Made by a program: the position numbers and the translations under genes
Shown: positions 45,872 through 59,000 of the stretch, one piece after another
Position numbering within the stretch: position 1 is the first letter of the stretch
Layout of the letters: every line of letters starts with the position of its first letter
The notes under the pieces: generated by a model
The model's input: the letters and a program-made list of their open reading frames with translations, nothing else
Told to the model about the DNA's origin: nothing
Databases searched by the model: none
Source of the DNA: Cyanophora paradoxa CCMP329
Taxonomy: Eukaryota > Plantae > Glaucophyta
DNA: 64,000 nucleotides
Reading direction: 5' to 3'
Assembly: GCA_004431415.1 (NCBI GenBank)
Contig: QPMI01000411.1
Location: forward strand, 248,001-312,000

Positions 45872-47674
45872 GTTCCTAGCAATCTTTACACCCGATATCC
45901 CTGCGGGGTCGGTCAGCGCGCCCGCTCGAAATTATCGCGTGGGAACGGGGCGCCCGCTCACCCTACTGTCACGGCACACCCTTTAAAGAAAGAAAAGAAG
46001 TCGAAAAGAGAGACTTCCGCCGATCTGCGGGCCGGAGGTCAGTCGGGAGGGCGGCGGGCTCGAGGGGACCGTACGCGTACGCGATACGCACCAACTACTT
46101 AGCATCCAGGGAACTCGAATCGCGATCCTCCTGCCGAAAACACGCTCCTGCCTGAAGGGGAACTTAGCTTGCGAACTTTCCCGCGAGCCCCGAAAACCGC
46201 GCAGACCTCTTCCTCCGCAAAGGAGACTTGCTCAAAGACACGGGAGAAGTTGCGTGGTGGGTCGGATCAGGCTCAGTAGGGCGTTTGCTGACGGTCGCGC
46301 GCTTTTAAATCTGAATTGGGGAACTGCGCAGCGGAAGTGGTCAGGGCGAGCTGGGGACGGTAGGATCGCGTGCGTTTTATCGATCCCCGCTGTTAAAAGG
46401 CCACGATCGCCCCGACCGAGCCAAGGGGAACTAGCGCAAAAATGCGAGCCGCGCGATCTTTCACTTCTCGGTGCCCACCCACGCCTTCCGATGCAGAGGG
46501 ATCGCTTAAACGCATAAGCGAACCTTTTGAGGCGGATGCCTGCTTCCCCAGAAGTTCCAAACTCCGCCGGGTGCGTATGTGGCTGCGCGTCCGCGTCAGC
46601 GTCCCGTCAGCGCGATCCCAAGGCGTACGATCCCACCTGTGCTCAGTTCAGGGCTGCTGGACGCTAACTCCTGAAGGGACTCTGGTCGCTGGTGATAAAC
46701 TGCTCGATTTCTGCCGGGCGAAACGCGGTGAGCTCAACGCCGATCGAACGGCAATGCTCTAGGGCCGTGCTGGGCTAAGGTGCTGCTCGCCGAAGGCCTT
46801 CGACGCACCTTGGGAGCGCGGTTGCGCTGCTGTGGAATGAAGGGGCTTGCGCTGCGGCGCGAGGGTCTTCCTGCGCAGTTGCTTGACACCTGGCAAACGC
46901 GTTGCAACTGGCCGGCTTGCCCGGGTAATTTCTCGAAGCTTGCCCGCCACAATTGTTTTAACAAAACATTAATTGTACATGTATATATATATACTTTATT
47001 GTATATTTATATGTAAGATCGAATTAACGTGCATGAAATGAAATTAATTATCTCCACTTAATTAATTACAATTTATTAAATTGACCGCATATACGTATAC
47101 ATTATAATATTCAAGATTGTGCCGCATATGCGCATGAGCATGCATGCCACGGCTGCGGTTCCTCGCTCGGTTCCTCACTCGAACCGTCGCGATCGCGATC
47201 CGATGATGATGATCGCCACCTCAAACTGCAAGCTGTTAGCTGTTTGCCAAGTCACACGTGCACTGTCTCAGAGTCTCACACATCATATATGCGAGGCGCC
47301 AGCTGCAGGCTGCCAGCAGCCTGCATCATGGCATGTGCGCGCAGCCGCTGAGCTGGCATGCGCAGCTGCAGGCTGCAGCTGCGCATGCCAGCTCAGCCTG
47401 CAGGCCCCGGGCCCGCGCGCACAGCGCCAGCGCTAGCGCCGCAGCTGGCAGCTGCGCGAATATGATCATGATACATGCACAGGCCCTGTCACAGGGTGGG
47501 CTGAACTTCGAAGAGCCTGACGCTAGCGCTTAAGCTGCAGCTGAAGAGGCCCGGCGGGCGCGGGCGCCATGGCCAGGCTGCTGCCAGCGGCCTGGCAGGC
47601 CCGCACGGCGCCGGCACCGCGGTCCCAGGCCTAGAGCCTATCTAAACGGTCTATACCGCAGTATTCCCGCAGGG

Positions 47675-49387
47675 CTACCGGAACATGCGCTTGTACCAGG
47701 GGGATCGCTTTGTGTCATAGTAGCTCATTACGGCCGCGCTGTGCACGTCCGGTCGGCCGCAGGCGTTGGCACCGGCGGTCAGAGCTCGAGGCGGAAGAGG
47801 GTCAGAGCAGGGGAGGGCAGGGCGCACGCGTCGACGTTGTTGTGGCCTGCGCCACCGCCGTACCCCCAGTTGAAGCCGCCGGGGTCGACCGGGACGCCGT
47901 AGTAGGGCCCCCCTGCGGCGATGTACCCTTGGCAGCACCAGTGAGGGGGCGGCGGCGGGGGCGAAGCAAAGCAAAGCGCTGGCGCACCGGGGCTGACGTT
48001 CTGGTAGCGGGGGGAGAGGAGCGCGTTCGCGTACCCCGCGTCCGGGGCGGGGTAGCCCGGGGGCGGGGGCGGCAGCGGCGGCTCCGGCGCGGCGGCGACC
48101 GCCGCGCCGGGGCGGATCGCCTGGTCGGGGGGGAGGATCTTGAGGGGCTCTCCCGAACCCCCCGCCAGGGGCGCGGGGGGCGGCCGCGGCCGCGGGCCTG
48201 TGGCTTGTGGGCCCGGTGTCGTCGGCTGCGGGGCGGCGGGTGAGCGCTGGGGCCCACAGGGGCGGCGCGGGTTCCTACGCACTCGGGCATTGGACGGCCC
48301 CGGTGAGGGCGGGGGGGGCTTGGGCCCCGCGAGCTGCATCTGCTGCGTCTGGCTGGGCTTGAGCAGCTGCTCTGCGGGGGCGTCGGGCGCAGCCTCGGCT
48401 GGGCTGGGCTCAGGGGAGCGGCGGGGGGCGGACCGACTGTGGAGTAGGCGGTGGCGGCGAGCTCCTGGAGGGTGCTGAAGAGGCCCGTGCTGTCCGCCGT
48501 GCTCTCCCATGTCGGCGGCGGCGCCGGCGACTCCGTCCCCGGCCGGTGCGCCGCCAGGCACTTCTCTATGTACGTCACCAGCCGGCTGAACGTCGGGCGC
48601 TCCGAGGGGCGGCCCCAGCAGCGCTCAATCTGCCAGCGCTCGAAACCGAGGCGGGCGGAAGGGCGGGCGAGGGCGGCGGGGCGGGGCGCACGAGCTCGCG
48701 GATCTGCGGGGGCGTCCCCTCCGGGATGGGTAGGCGCCTGTCCTGGAGCCCCGCGACGCCCACCACCGCGCTCGGCTGCATGCCCTCCCACCTGCGCCCC
48801 GCCCCGCCCGCCGGCGCTCGGAGACGGCCCCGGCCGCCCCTCCCGTGCACAGAGGAGGAGCGCACGGGAACTTCTGCGTGCTGATCTCCCACGCGATGAC
48901 GCCGCTGCCGCAACGTAAGGAGAGGGGGGCCGGGGAGAGGCGGGGCGGCGGGGGCGGCGCGCACAAGCTGAAGACGTCGGTGCGCTCGGAGTGCTGGGCC
49001 TCGCCGCGGAGGACCTCGGGGGCGCACCACTGCGGCGTCCCGATCGTGCTCGTCGCGTTCTTCGTGCTCTCGTGCTTGATCTTCGCCAGCCCTGCCCGCC
49101 CCCGTCCCTCCGGTCAGCGCGGCGGCGCGGCGGCGCGGCGCCCCGGCGCGAGGGGCCGGGCGGGGGGAGGAGGGAAGGGCCCGGGGCCTGTGGTCGTGCG
49201 GAGAAGCCGCGCGCTGCCCCGCCCCGCCCCCGCCCGGCGCCCGCGCGGCTTCACGACGGCGGCGAGCGGGGCGGACCGAAGTCGCAGAGCTTGGCGGTGC
49301 CGTCCCGGAACATGAGCACGTTGAGGCTCTTGAGGTCGCGGTGCACCAGCTGCGCGGGCAGCTCGCGCGGGGCAGGGGGAGCTGGTG

Positions 49388-49419
<32 letters not shown>

Positions 49420-50246
49420 CGGGGGGCGGGCCTTGGCCTTGGTGGCGAGGTACATCATGCCGCAGGCGATGTCGCGGAGGACCTCGAGCTGGCGCGGCGG
49501 CTCCAGGCGCGTCTTGCGGCAGTACTCGAAGAGCGAGCCCGAGGGCGCCAGCTCCGTCACGATGAACGGCACGTCCGACGCCCCGTGCCGCCCGTCCGGC
49601 AGGTGCGCCCCGAACGTCTGCACGATGTTCGGGTCTGCCGCCGCCGCGCCCGTCGTCTCAGCGGCGCCTCGGCGGCGGGGCGGGGCGCTGGTAGCGCACG
49701 GTGCAGGCGCAGCATGACGGCGGCCTCGTGCTGGAACTCGGTCCGCAGCGCCCCGTTCATGGCGTGCAGGTGCACCAGCCGCTTGCTGCGGCGCCGCCAG
49801 TACTCAGGCGTGCCGCAGGGACGGGCCTCCAGCAAGCTCCGACGCACCACGCGACCTCCCTCCCCTGCCAGCGCGCCCGCAGCACCTCTCCGTAGCCGCC
49901 TGGGGCATGGCGGTCACGCACGCCCTGAGGGCTCCGGACCCGTGCGGGCCGGAGGATGAAGTGAGGCGCACCTTTTCCAAGTATACCGAGGATCTTGAGC
50001 TCTTCAGGCGCGATCTCTACATACTCTGTTGCGGCCGCGGTGAGTGCAGCTGACGGCAGAAAGCCCTTTCTAGTTCGCAGCGGGAGGGGGGCTTCGTGCC
50101 GTCGAGCAGAGCGGACGGATATACACTGTACAGCCTCCCGGCAGAGCTGGATGCAGCTCGCGTGCCCAGGCGGTTCGGAGCCTCTAACAGAGGAGGCGAG
50201 ACGCACCCGACCCGAACTGGAACAAGCTGCTTGAACTGGACGTCAT
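47675..50246 (-). CDS. Cytoplasmic TKL (Raf/MLK-like MAP3K) protein kinase with Pro/Gly/Tyr-rich tail
   Basis: EIAPEELKILGILGKG-GYGEV; EVACKRL; FIVTELAPSGSL; LVHRDLKSLNVL; KLCDFG-LAK; GTPQWCAPE; DVFSFGVIAWE; RPTF. Stop TAG at 47675; start uncertain. Confidence 0.92.
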
Positions 50247-50589
50247 CTCGACGCCTGTGCCGCGCTGGCCAGCTGCGGCAGAACCGCTCCAATTAGGGGT
50301 AGTCAATACTAGTCGCGCTTGACCGTGTACCCTTGACCTGACCTGCGCCGTGGACTGGCGGACTTCCGTCACCTAGCCGTGGAGGAGGACGCGCGTTGCC
50401 GCACGGTCGGCATGGCGAGCTTGAGGCCGGGCGACCCGTACCCCCCCTTATGGCGAACGCAGGCTTCTGAAAAACTCGTGCGCAGGCTTCTGTCACGTCT
50501 GAAAAATGCAAACTGACTAATGTGCTTGCAATTCTCGACGTGAAAGACGCGCTCCAGCGACTGTTTTACGTGGTTTGGGGGGTTTTGTA

Positions 50590-52590
50590 TGGCGAGAGAC
50601 AGTACCCCCCTCTACCCTGCAGGGTTGCACCCTGCAGGGTGGCAGGTCGCGGGGCCACGATCACTAACCTGCGGCGGTCCTGCGCCGTCCTGCGGCGCCT
50701 GCGCTGGTCCTGCAGCGTCCTGCGCCTTGTCCTACGGCGTTCCAGCGCAGCCGGCTGCGCTATTGCCGGCCGCGTATACGTGCCAGCGTCTAATCCGGAG
50801 CCCCACAGCGTCAGCGATCTACTTGCTCGGCCGCGTGTAGCCAGCTGGGCGGGCTCCGATCAAGCGGTCAAGCGGTCATTCTTGCATTTGGCAGTCATTC
50901 TAGCGTGCTCGGCGCTTTGCGAGCGCGCAGACAAGCCATTAGCTTGCTGCGGGATGAAGAAGTACATTGACAATTCGGTCGTCTGGCCGCCGCTTCCAGG
51001 TACGGTTTGATCACTGATGAACTTTGGCAATTGGTTGGCTGAAGGAGAATCGCCAGAGTGGTATACGTATGCCAAGGATCCCGGCTATGTTATGTGCGAA
51101 GACGGCGACGAGTCTGCCGGCGGCGAATTCCTCATTCGAGAGGTGCGACACTTTAGCGCGACGTCGGCGCTCCAGTGCGACGTGGGCGCGCGACGGCCGC
51201 GGCGAGCCTCCGACGCGCTCGCGCAGAGCGCGAGCGGGAAGTGCCTCTTCTTTGACGAGGAGTACGAGGACGCCGAGGGCTACTGGCCCCTCCGCGCCGT
51301 CGACTGCGACCCTGCGAGCCGTGCGCATGCATATGCGCACGCAAGCGCGCGGCGCTGGCTGGAGCTGGGGCCTCCTTGAGCGGCCCCGCAGCCGAGGCGC
51401 GCTTCCTGTGGTCGTTCAGCTAGCTGCCGCCCGAGCTCCAGGGCCAAGGCCTCGCCAGCCTCGAGAACAACGCGCGCCGCTCCCTGTCCCCGGCCCTGGC
51501 CCAGCCGCGATCGCCGCCCCGCGCCCCGCTCACGCCTCGCGCGCGCGCAGGGGCGGCACCCCGACATGCCGGGCGCCTGGAACGGCTACTACGACGGGGT
51601 GCGCCGGCTCTCCAGGGGCTCGAGCCCTGCGGGCTCCGGGGCCTGGGCGAGCCTTGACGTGGCCCGCCGCCGCGTGCAGGAAGGGGGCCTGGCGCAGTGG
51701 ACCCCGATCCGCGGCAGCCCGGAGCAGACCGCCGAGCTCGACCAGCACTTCATGCGCGCCCCGCGCCCCGCCCCGCGCCCCGCCCCGCGCCCCGCGCCAG
51801 CCGCCTGCTCACATGAGCCCGGCCCGCGCCCCGCGCGCGCAGCTTCGAGAAGGTGGGCGAGCAGGAAGGCTCGGTGCGCCCCGTGCAGCCAGCCCCCCGC
51901 CCTGGCCCAGCCGCCGCATCCGAGCCGTGGGCCGGGCGGGGACACTGGGACAGGACATGGTACTACCACGCCGAGGGGCGCAGCGGCGTCCCCGACGCTG
52001 TCGTCATGGACACCGAGTGCGCTCGCGCGCCCGCCCGGGGCCCCGGCGCCCCAGGCCCTAGGCCCTAGGCCTTAGGCTTTCCACCGCGCCCGCGCCCGGC
52101 CCGCCCATCCCCGCCTCGCCCCGCCCCGCCCCGCCCCGCCCCGCCCCGGCGGCTCACCGTGTCCTCGGGTGGCAGCAACAACATCGAGGAGCAGCGGTTC
52201 CTGGTGGGGCCGGCGGGGACGCTGGCGGCGCACGGGCTCGCGCGCCTGGACGCGACCCAGCAGGAGCTCGCCGAGCCCGAACTGGACGCCGACGCCGACG
52301 CTGAGGTCGAGCTGGAGCTGGAGCTTGAGCTGGGCGGCGAGGCGAGTGGGGTCCCGCGGCGCGCCTACCGCGCCCACCGACGTCGCGCGCGCGCAGGCAT
52401 GGGATCCGGAGGCGGCCGCGGCGCCGGTCCTCGGCCTGCAGGCGGAGGAGGGGACCGCGGCCGAGTGCGCTCTCGCGTAGCGGTAGCATTGGCCGTGCGC
52501 AATTGCAAGCCGCGAGGGCCGCGAGCGACGTACGACGGCCCCCCAATCCGGGACCTCGGAGGCTATAACTATAGGCTCGGAGGCTCTTAG
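50590..52590 (+). CDS. Hypothetical multi-exon protein, possibly ricin-B/beta-trefoil-like; apparent in-frame TAG at 51421
   Basis: Exons FLIRE-SASGKCLFFD...PLRAVDCDPAS-PEARFLW and NNIEEQRFLV resemble ricin-type subdomains. Boundaries are poorly defined. Confidence 0.4.
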
Positions 52591-53023
52591 CGGTCCGCGC
52601 GACTGGCGTGGTTGGATTCGCTCTGAACGACTCTGAAGGCAATCGCACGTGCACCCACGCTTGATATCGAACTGCATGCAGCGGCTCGGGCTTGGGCGTG
52701 CGCGCGCGCCGAATTCGAAGTTTTCGAACCCGAGATCGACATTCAACCTCCGAGGTCTCGCCGAGCCTTGCTAGAGTGCCAGGTTTCGTGTATCCCCCCT
52801 TGGCATACAGCTAGCTGCTGCTGCGTGTCCGCGTGGCCGGCTACCACCGGTACCAGCTCCGGGGATCCGGCCGGCTGAGTCGTGCCTGTGCGCCATCCTA
52901 GTTCAGAACCGGATGCCTCTCGACTCGGCCGTCTCCTAAACAATGGCGCCGAGTAGGGGGCCACGAGCGGGGCCTGGAGGCTCGGGGTGTCTTTGCAGCA
53001 GCATTTCCAGAAGCAGTCGAGCG

Positions 53024-56000
53024 ATGGCAAAGACGCACCGCTCTCGAAGAAGACCCGCGCCCCGCAGGCCCGACGTTCGAACAGAAGAAGTCGCGGGGCG
53101 AGGACGGTGCGCGGCTGCGCTTTGCAGATCGAAAGCTAGCTGTACAGATACCGTTTGCAGGTCATGGACGCTGGCTGTCGTGTTGGCCGTCATCGCGCTC
53201 TTGCCAGCAGCACAGGCGGTGCTGGGTGTAACCGGCGACTTCGCGACTCCGCGACCGGCGGATGCCTGGTGCGGTGGCGGCTCAAGCGGCTGCCCCGCTG
53301 TGGCGTCGATCTGGCCTGCGGAGGGCCCTGTGGAGGGCGGCACGCAGGTCACCGGTGCGGGGCCCTCCGCACAACCGGGGTCGCGTGCGCCGCTGACGCC
53401 CGCGCCTGCGCGAGCAGTGTCGGGAATGCACTTCGTCTCCGGAGCGAGCGTGCAGTGCCACTTCGGCGGGGTGGCCGTGGCCGCCTACGTGAACTCGTCG
53501 AAAACGCTCCTCTGCACGGCGCCGCAGCTGCCGGAGGGCTACAGCGAGTTCCGCGTGACGCAGGACGGCGCGGCGGTGGGCAAGCCGTCGGAGAGCGAGC
53601 TGGTCCTCTACAACGTGACGCGCTTCGTGCTGGACTGGGTGAACGAGACCTTCATCGCGCCCGACTACACCGAGCTGCTCCCCTACCGCTCCGTCGTGCC
53701 CCTCGCCTTCAACGCCTATGTCTCCGCGTCGGCCCTCTCCGCCTGGCCCGCTGCCGCCCCGCCCGGCGGCCTCCTCTCCGTCGCCGGAGCCAACCTCTAC
53801 GGCGAGACGGGCGCCGGCGGGCCCGCCGCCTGGTGCGTCTTCGGCGGCGCCGGCACCGGCGGCGACGGCCGTGCGGTCTCGCGGGGGCGGGTCATCTCCA
53901 CGGGGCTGGCCCTGTGCGAGCTGCACGTCCCGGGGGCGTCGGACGGGGCGCCGGCGGACTACGGGGCGGCGCCCCCGCTGCGGCAGGCGGCCTCGGTCGC
54001 GCTGCTCGGGGCGGCGGGGACGCGGGCCTGGCGGCGACGTCGGGCTGCAACGGCGGCGGCTGCAACGCGTCCGTCGCCCTCGCGAACGGCACGGCGTGCG
54101 ATTGCACCGGCTGCGCCCGCTCGACGCCGAGCCTCCCCACCGCCCCCTTCGCCATCGCCGCGCGCCCTTCTTCCTCTACGGTGCGCACCCCGCGCCCGCC
54201 CGCCCCGCCCCGCCCCGCCGGGCGCCGACGCCGCGCCGCAGCGTTCGGGCTGCTGGGCCCGCGCTCGGCCCGGGGACGGGAGCGACGGCGGCCGCCTACA
54301 GCGGGCCGGAGGGCGGGGCGCGCCTGGCGCTGGCGCTGGGCGGCCCGAAGGCCCTCGGGAGGCCGAGCGGGGGAGCGGGGCCCTCGCCCTCGGGTGGTGC
54401 CGCCTCGCCGGCCGCACCCTTGTGAAGGCGGAGGCGGAGGGGCCGGGCGGGCCTCGTGCCTGCTGCCGGCGCGCCCCGCGGGGGCGCCGCCGTGCCCGTC
54501 GAGGCCTCCGTGGACGGCGCGACCTTCGACTCCCTCCCCTACTCCGTCTCCTACCTCGGCGCGCCCCGCCCCGCCCCGCCCCCGCCCTCGCCCCGCCTGA
54601 CGCGCCCCCGCAGAGGGGGCGCGCGTGGCGGCGTGGGAGGCGGGCCGCGGACGGCGGCGGGGAGACGCCGCTGCGGCTGGCGGTGCGGCGGGAGCAGCGG
54701 TACGCGGGGAGGCGCCGGCGTGCGCGGCGCTGGCGGGCGGCCAGACGGCGGCGACCATCGCGAGCGGGATCGGCGAGGTCGCCCCGCGGCGTGGCTCGGG
54801 GGGCGGGGTGCCTCCTGCGGGGCAGCGTGGCGCGGGCCGCCCCCGCCGGCTTCGCGGGGCTCCTGGTCCGGGACCCCTTCACGCCCTTCTCGCGCTTCGC
54901 CGCCCTTCCCGTCGTCCTCGTCGCCGGTGCGGCCCCCGCCCCGCCCCCGCCGCCTCGCCCCGGCAGAGCTCGCCGACGTTGACGCGGCGCCCGCAGAGCG
55001 CGGGAGGTCTCGGCGGTGCTCCCGGCGGCCCCCGCGGCGGGCCTCCACGGCCTCGTCGCCCTCCGCGGCTCTTCCATGGCCTCCCGCGGCGAGGAGCTCG
55101 CCTGCTGGTTCGGGCCGGCGGGGCCCCCGACGGGCGCCCGCGTGGGCGGCCGCCGCGCGCGCCCTCAGCACGGCCGCCGCCGTCTGCGAGCCGGCGGCCG
55201 CCTCGGCCGAGGGCGAGGTGATGTACGCCGGCGGCTCCCGCCTCGGCACGGCGCCCGTCGCCCGCGCCTCGGCCGCCCCCGAGCCGCTCGCGGCGGCGGC
55301 GACCCTCGCGCGCGCCCTGGACGCCCTCGCGCTCTCCGTGGGCGTGCGGAGCGAGGGCGGGGTGCTGGCCCCTCTGCGCGCCCGCCTCGGGGGCCGCCTC
55401 GTCGTCGCCCTCTCGCCGGCCCTCGCCGCCGCCCCGAGGGCGCCCTCCTCGCCGCCGCCCTGCCCCTGCCGCGCCCGGCGAGGCCCTCCCGCCCCTCGCC
55501 GAGCTCGCTGCCCCCGGCGCCGACTTCCTGCCCCTGCCCTCCCCCTCTCCGCCCCGCACCCGCCCCGCTGGGCCCTCCGCGCTCCCCTCCGGCGGCGTCG
55601 CCCTGACCGCCGACGGCGCGGCGCCCTCGCTCGTGGCGGTGGCGCCGGCCTCGCGGCCCGCCGCGCGCTGCTCTGGTGCCAGGCCGGCGCCCAGCGGAGC
55701 GCGGCGGCGGCGGCCGGCGAGGCGGCGTCGGCGGTGCGGTGCGCGCTGCCGGCCGGCGTCGCCCCCGCCTCTCGCTCGTCCGCCTCGTCGACGCCCTCGG
55801 GGCCCCCTTGCGGCGCTCGACCTCCGCTCTGGGCCCCCGCCGCCGCCACGGCGGCCGCCCCGCGCACGCTGCCGCTGGGGCCCTACACGGCGGCCCCGCT
55901 GCTGCTCCTCGCCGGCTCGGGGCTCCTCCCCGCCTCCGCCGCCTTCGTCCGGCTCGCCCCGCGCTACGCCCCGCCCGGCGCCTCCTCCTCCGAGTCGTCT

Positions 56001-59000
56001 GCCGCCCCTGCTCGCCTGCTGAGCTCGGCCGCGGCGCTGGTGGAGGCGAGCGGCGAGGCCGGCCCGTACGCCGTGCAGCTCGCGGGGCGGCGGACGGGCC
56101 GCCTTCGCGTGGCAGGAGGCGCAGGTGGATCTCGCGGCCGACGCGGCGCCGGCCGCCGGCCTGCAGTGCGGCGCCCTCGCGAGCCCCGCCGCGTGCGGCG
56201 CGCTGGCGGGCGGCGCCGCGTGCGCGTGGCGCCTGGCGACGCTCTCCGCCTGCGAGCTGGGGCGGGGCGCGAGCCCGGGCGGCCGGCCCTCGCCGCCCCC
56301 GCCGCGACACCTTCTTCGCGGCCGCCTCGGACGTCGTCCTCCTCGCCGCCGCCGGCGGCGGCCCCGCCTTCCCCTTCTGGCCCAGGCCGGCCTCCACCCG
56401 GCCTGCCTCCTCGACGGACGGCCGCGCCGGCGCGGCCGCCGTGCTGCGCTCGCCGGCGCTGGGGCCAACGGGAGCAGCAACGGGACGGGACGCTGGGGCG
56501 GCGCTGCGCTGCGGGGTGCCGGCCTCGGCCGCCGCCGCCTTCGTCTCCCTCTCCGTGCCGGGCTTCCCCGGAGCCCTCGTCCTCCAGTTCCTCGGTGCCC
56601 CTCCCGGCCCGCCCCCGCCCGCCCTCCGCGCCTCACGCGGCGCGCCCGCCCCTCCGCAGCGGCGCCGGCGCTGGGGTCGGTGACGCCCTCGTTCGCGGCA
56701 CCGCACGGGCTGGTGGCCGCCGCCGGGCGGGCCTCGCCGGCGAGATCGCCCTCGGCCTCGCGGGGGCGGCGCGCCCTCCGCGCCCTCTCCACCGCCTTCG
56801 CCGTCGCCGAGCTCGCCCCAGCGGCGCCGGCGCCGGCCCCTCGCCGCCCCGGGGGCCTCCTGGACGCCTCGGGGCTCCTCGCCTCCGCCGCCGACGCCCC
56901 CTGGACGGCCGCCTCCGCCTCCGTGTCCGGGGCGGCGCCGCGCTGCTGCCGGCTGGCAACGCGAGCGTCGCAGCCGCCGGCGCCAACGGCACGCTCGTGC
57001 CCGGCGCGGCCGCCCTGGCCCTCGGGACGGAGGGCGGGCGGACCGTGCTGGCGGCGCCCGTCGCCGGCTCGCTCCTGCCGGCGGCGGCGCGCCTGGAGTG
57101 CGCATTCCGCTTCTCCGAGCGCTCGGCGGTCCTCGTTCTGGCGGGGGCGGGGGAGGGCCAGGGCGCCTCGGCCGCCGCCTGCCCCGCCCCGCGCCTGCGC
57201 CCCGGCCTCGGCCTCCTCCTCGTCGGGCCCTCGGGGGGGTACCCCCCGGAGGCCTTCCTCCTCGCCGTCTCCTCGTCGGCGGCCGCGGCCCGCGGCTACG
57301 TGCCGGAGCCGCTCTTCGTCTCCCCCGCCTTCGAGCCCGCCGCCGAGGCCCCGGACGGTCCGCTCCGCTCCCATCCTTCTCTCTCTTTGTTCTTATCGTA
57401 ACCCCGCAGAGCCGGCCTTCGCGGACGGCTTCGTGCCGCCCTTCGCGATTGGATCCTCGTGGGCCCTCGTGCGGGGCCGCGGCATCCTCGCTGCGCTCGA
57501 CGCGCCGGGGCCCCGCCTCGCGTCTGCGGCCTTCGGCGCCCCGCCGCTGCGGCCGCTCTCCTCCGCCGCCGCCTTCGTGGAGCTGCACGAGGCCGGGGCG
57601 GCCCCCACAGGGGCCCTCGCCCTCCCCGCCGACGGGCTCTTCGAGGCCCCGGGTGCGCCGCCCCGCCCCGCCCCGCCCCTCCTCGATTTTTAAGCTGGCG
57701 CCCCGGTCTAAGGGGGCGGGGGCGCAGGGGCGGCGTGGCGGGCGCTGACCCTGGCGGACCTCGAGGGGAGGGCGGGGGAGACCCTGGCGCCCCTCGCCGG
57801 CCCCGCCTTCCCCTCCGCCCCGAACGCCACCGCCACCGCCGCCAACGAGACCGGAGGCGCTGCGGCGCGCATCGCGGCCGCGGCCGGCGGGGGGACGATC
57901 CTCCTCGCCTCGTCGGCCTCGGCCGCGCCGCCGCCGGGCCGCCTCTTCTGCTTCTTCGCGGCGGGCCCGGCTCGGAGCGGGCCGGCGTGGTCGTCGCTGC
58001 CGCCTTCGCGGAGTCGGCGGGGCGCGCAGGGGTCGCCTGCGTGAGCCCGCGCTCCCCGCCGGCCCCGCCCGCGTCGCCCTCCGCGACGAGCTGCTCCATG
58101 GGGGCCCCGGCGACCTCTTCCTCCTCCAGGCCGGCCCCTCGGGGCCTCCGCGCCCCGGCCGCGAGCATCCGCGCCGCCGCCGAGGCGGCCGTCGCCGCGC
58201 AGGCGGTGTTCGCGCCGCTCTCGCTGGGGGCGCAGCCGGCGCGGGGCCCGCGCCTGCACGCCTTGCCCCTCCTCCTCGCCGTCGCCGACTGGACGGCGCC
58301 GACGGCGGCGTGCCGGGGCGCGGGCACCTCCCGCCGGGCCCGGGGCGCGTCCTCTCCACCGCCTTTGTCCTGTGCGAGCTGCCGGCGCTCCCGCCCCGGC
58401 CGGCTCGGGCCTGGACGCCGGCCCGCCCCGGCCGAGGCGAGCCTGGCGCTGGCCCCGGAGGGCGGCGAGGCCGGCCCCGCCCCCGCTTCCTCTTCGCCCC
58501 CCCGTCACCTTCGCCGCCGCCGGCGGGCGCGTTGTCTCGTCGGAGGCCGGCGGGGCGGCCGTGGCGGCGCTCACCGCCTCGGGCCGCCCCGAGCCGCTCG
58601 CCGTCTGCGTCGACGTGCGCCGCCGGCTCTACGTCTCCGGCCGCACGGGCGCCTGCCTGCTCCCGGCGGCCGCCCCGGGCGCCGACTCGCTGCTGCTCCC
58701 GACCCTCGCCGGCCTGGCGGACCCCTCCGCCGAGCCCCTCGCCCTCGTCTACCGCCGTGCGCCCTCCCCGCAGCCCCGCGCCCCGCCCCGTCCCGTCCCC
58801 GCAGCCGCTGAAGAGCGGCTCGGGGCAGGGCCGGTGGTTGTGGCGGCGGCGCACGGGCAGCGGGCGGGGCGGCGGCGGAGGCGGCGCTGGTCGTCGGGGC
58901 CTCCCCTCTGCCAACGCGAGCGTCGCGTGCCTCGGGGCGGGGGCGAGCCCCGCGCCGGCGGCGGCGCCGGAGCCGGCGGGGCGCTGGCGCGGCTGGTGCG

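Noticed and set aside
4804-49420. Long poly-G runs (about 4804, 33225, 49388) as dedicated G-quadruplex elements
   Set aside because: They are the antisense of C-rich intron segments in minus-strand genes, and homopolymer lengths are unreliable; covered under intron architecture.
51421-51423. Stop-codon reassignment
   Set aside because: TAG, TGA and TAA all terminate well-supported genes in this window.
52050-52080. CCCTAGG x2-3 as a telomere-like repeat
   Set aside because: Too short, intronic, and not a recognised telomeric unit.
55165-58914. 1249-aa minus-strand ORF and many other long Arg/Gly/Pro-rich ORFs (for example 9108-10775, 43033-43968)
   Set aside because: Antisense or off-frame shadows of GC-rich genes; stop codons are rare at this composition and no domain motifs are present.
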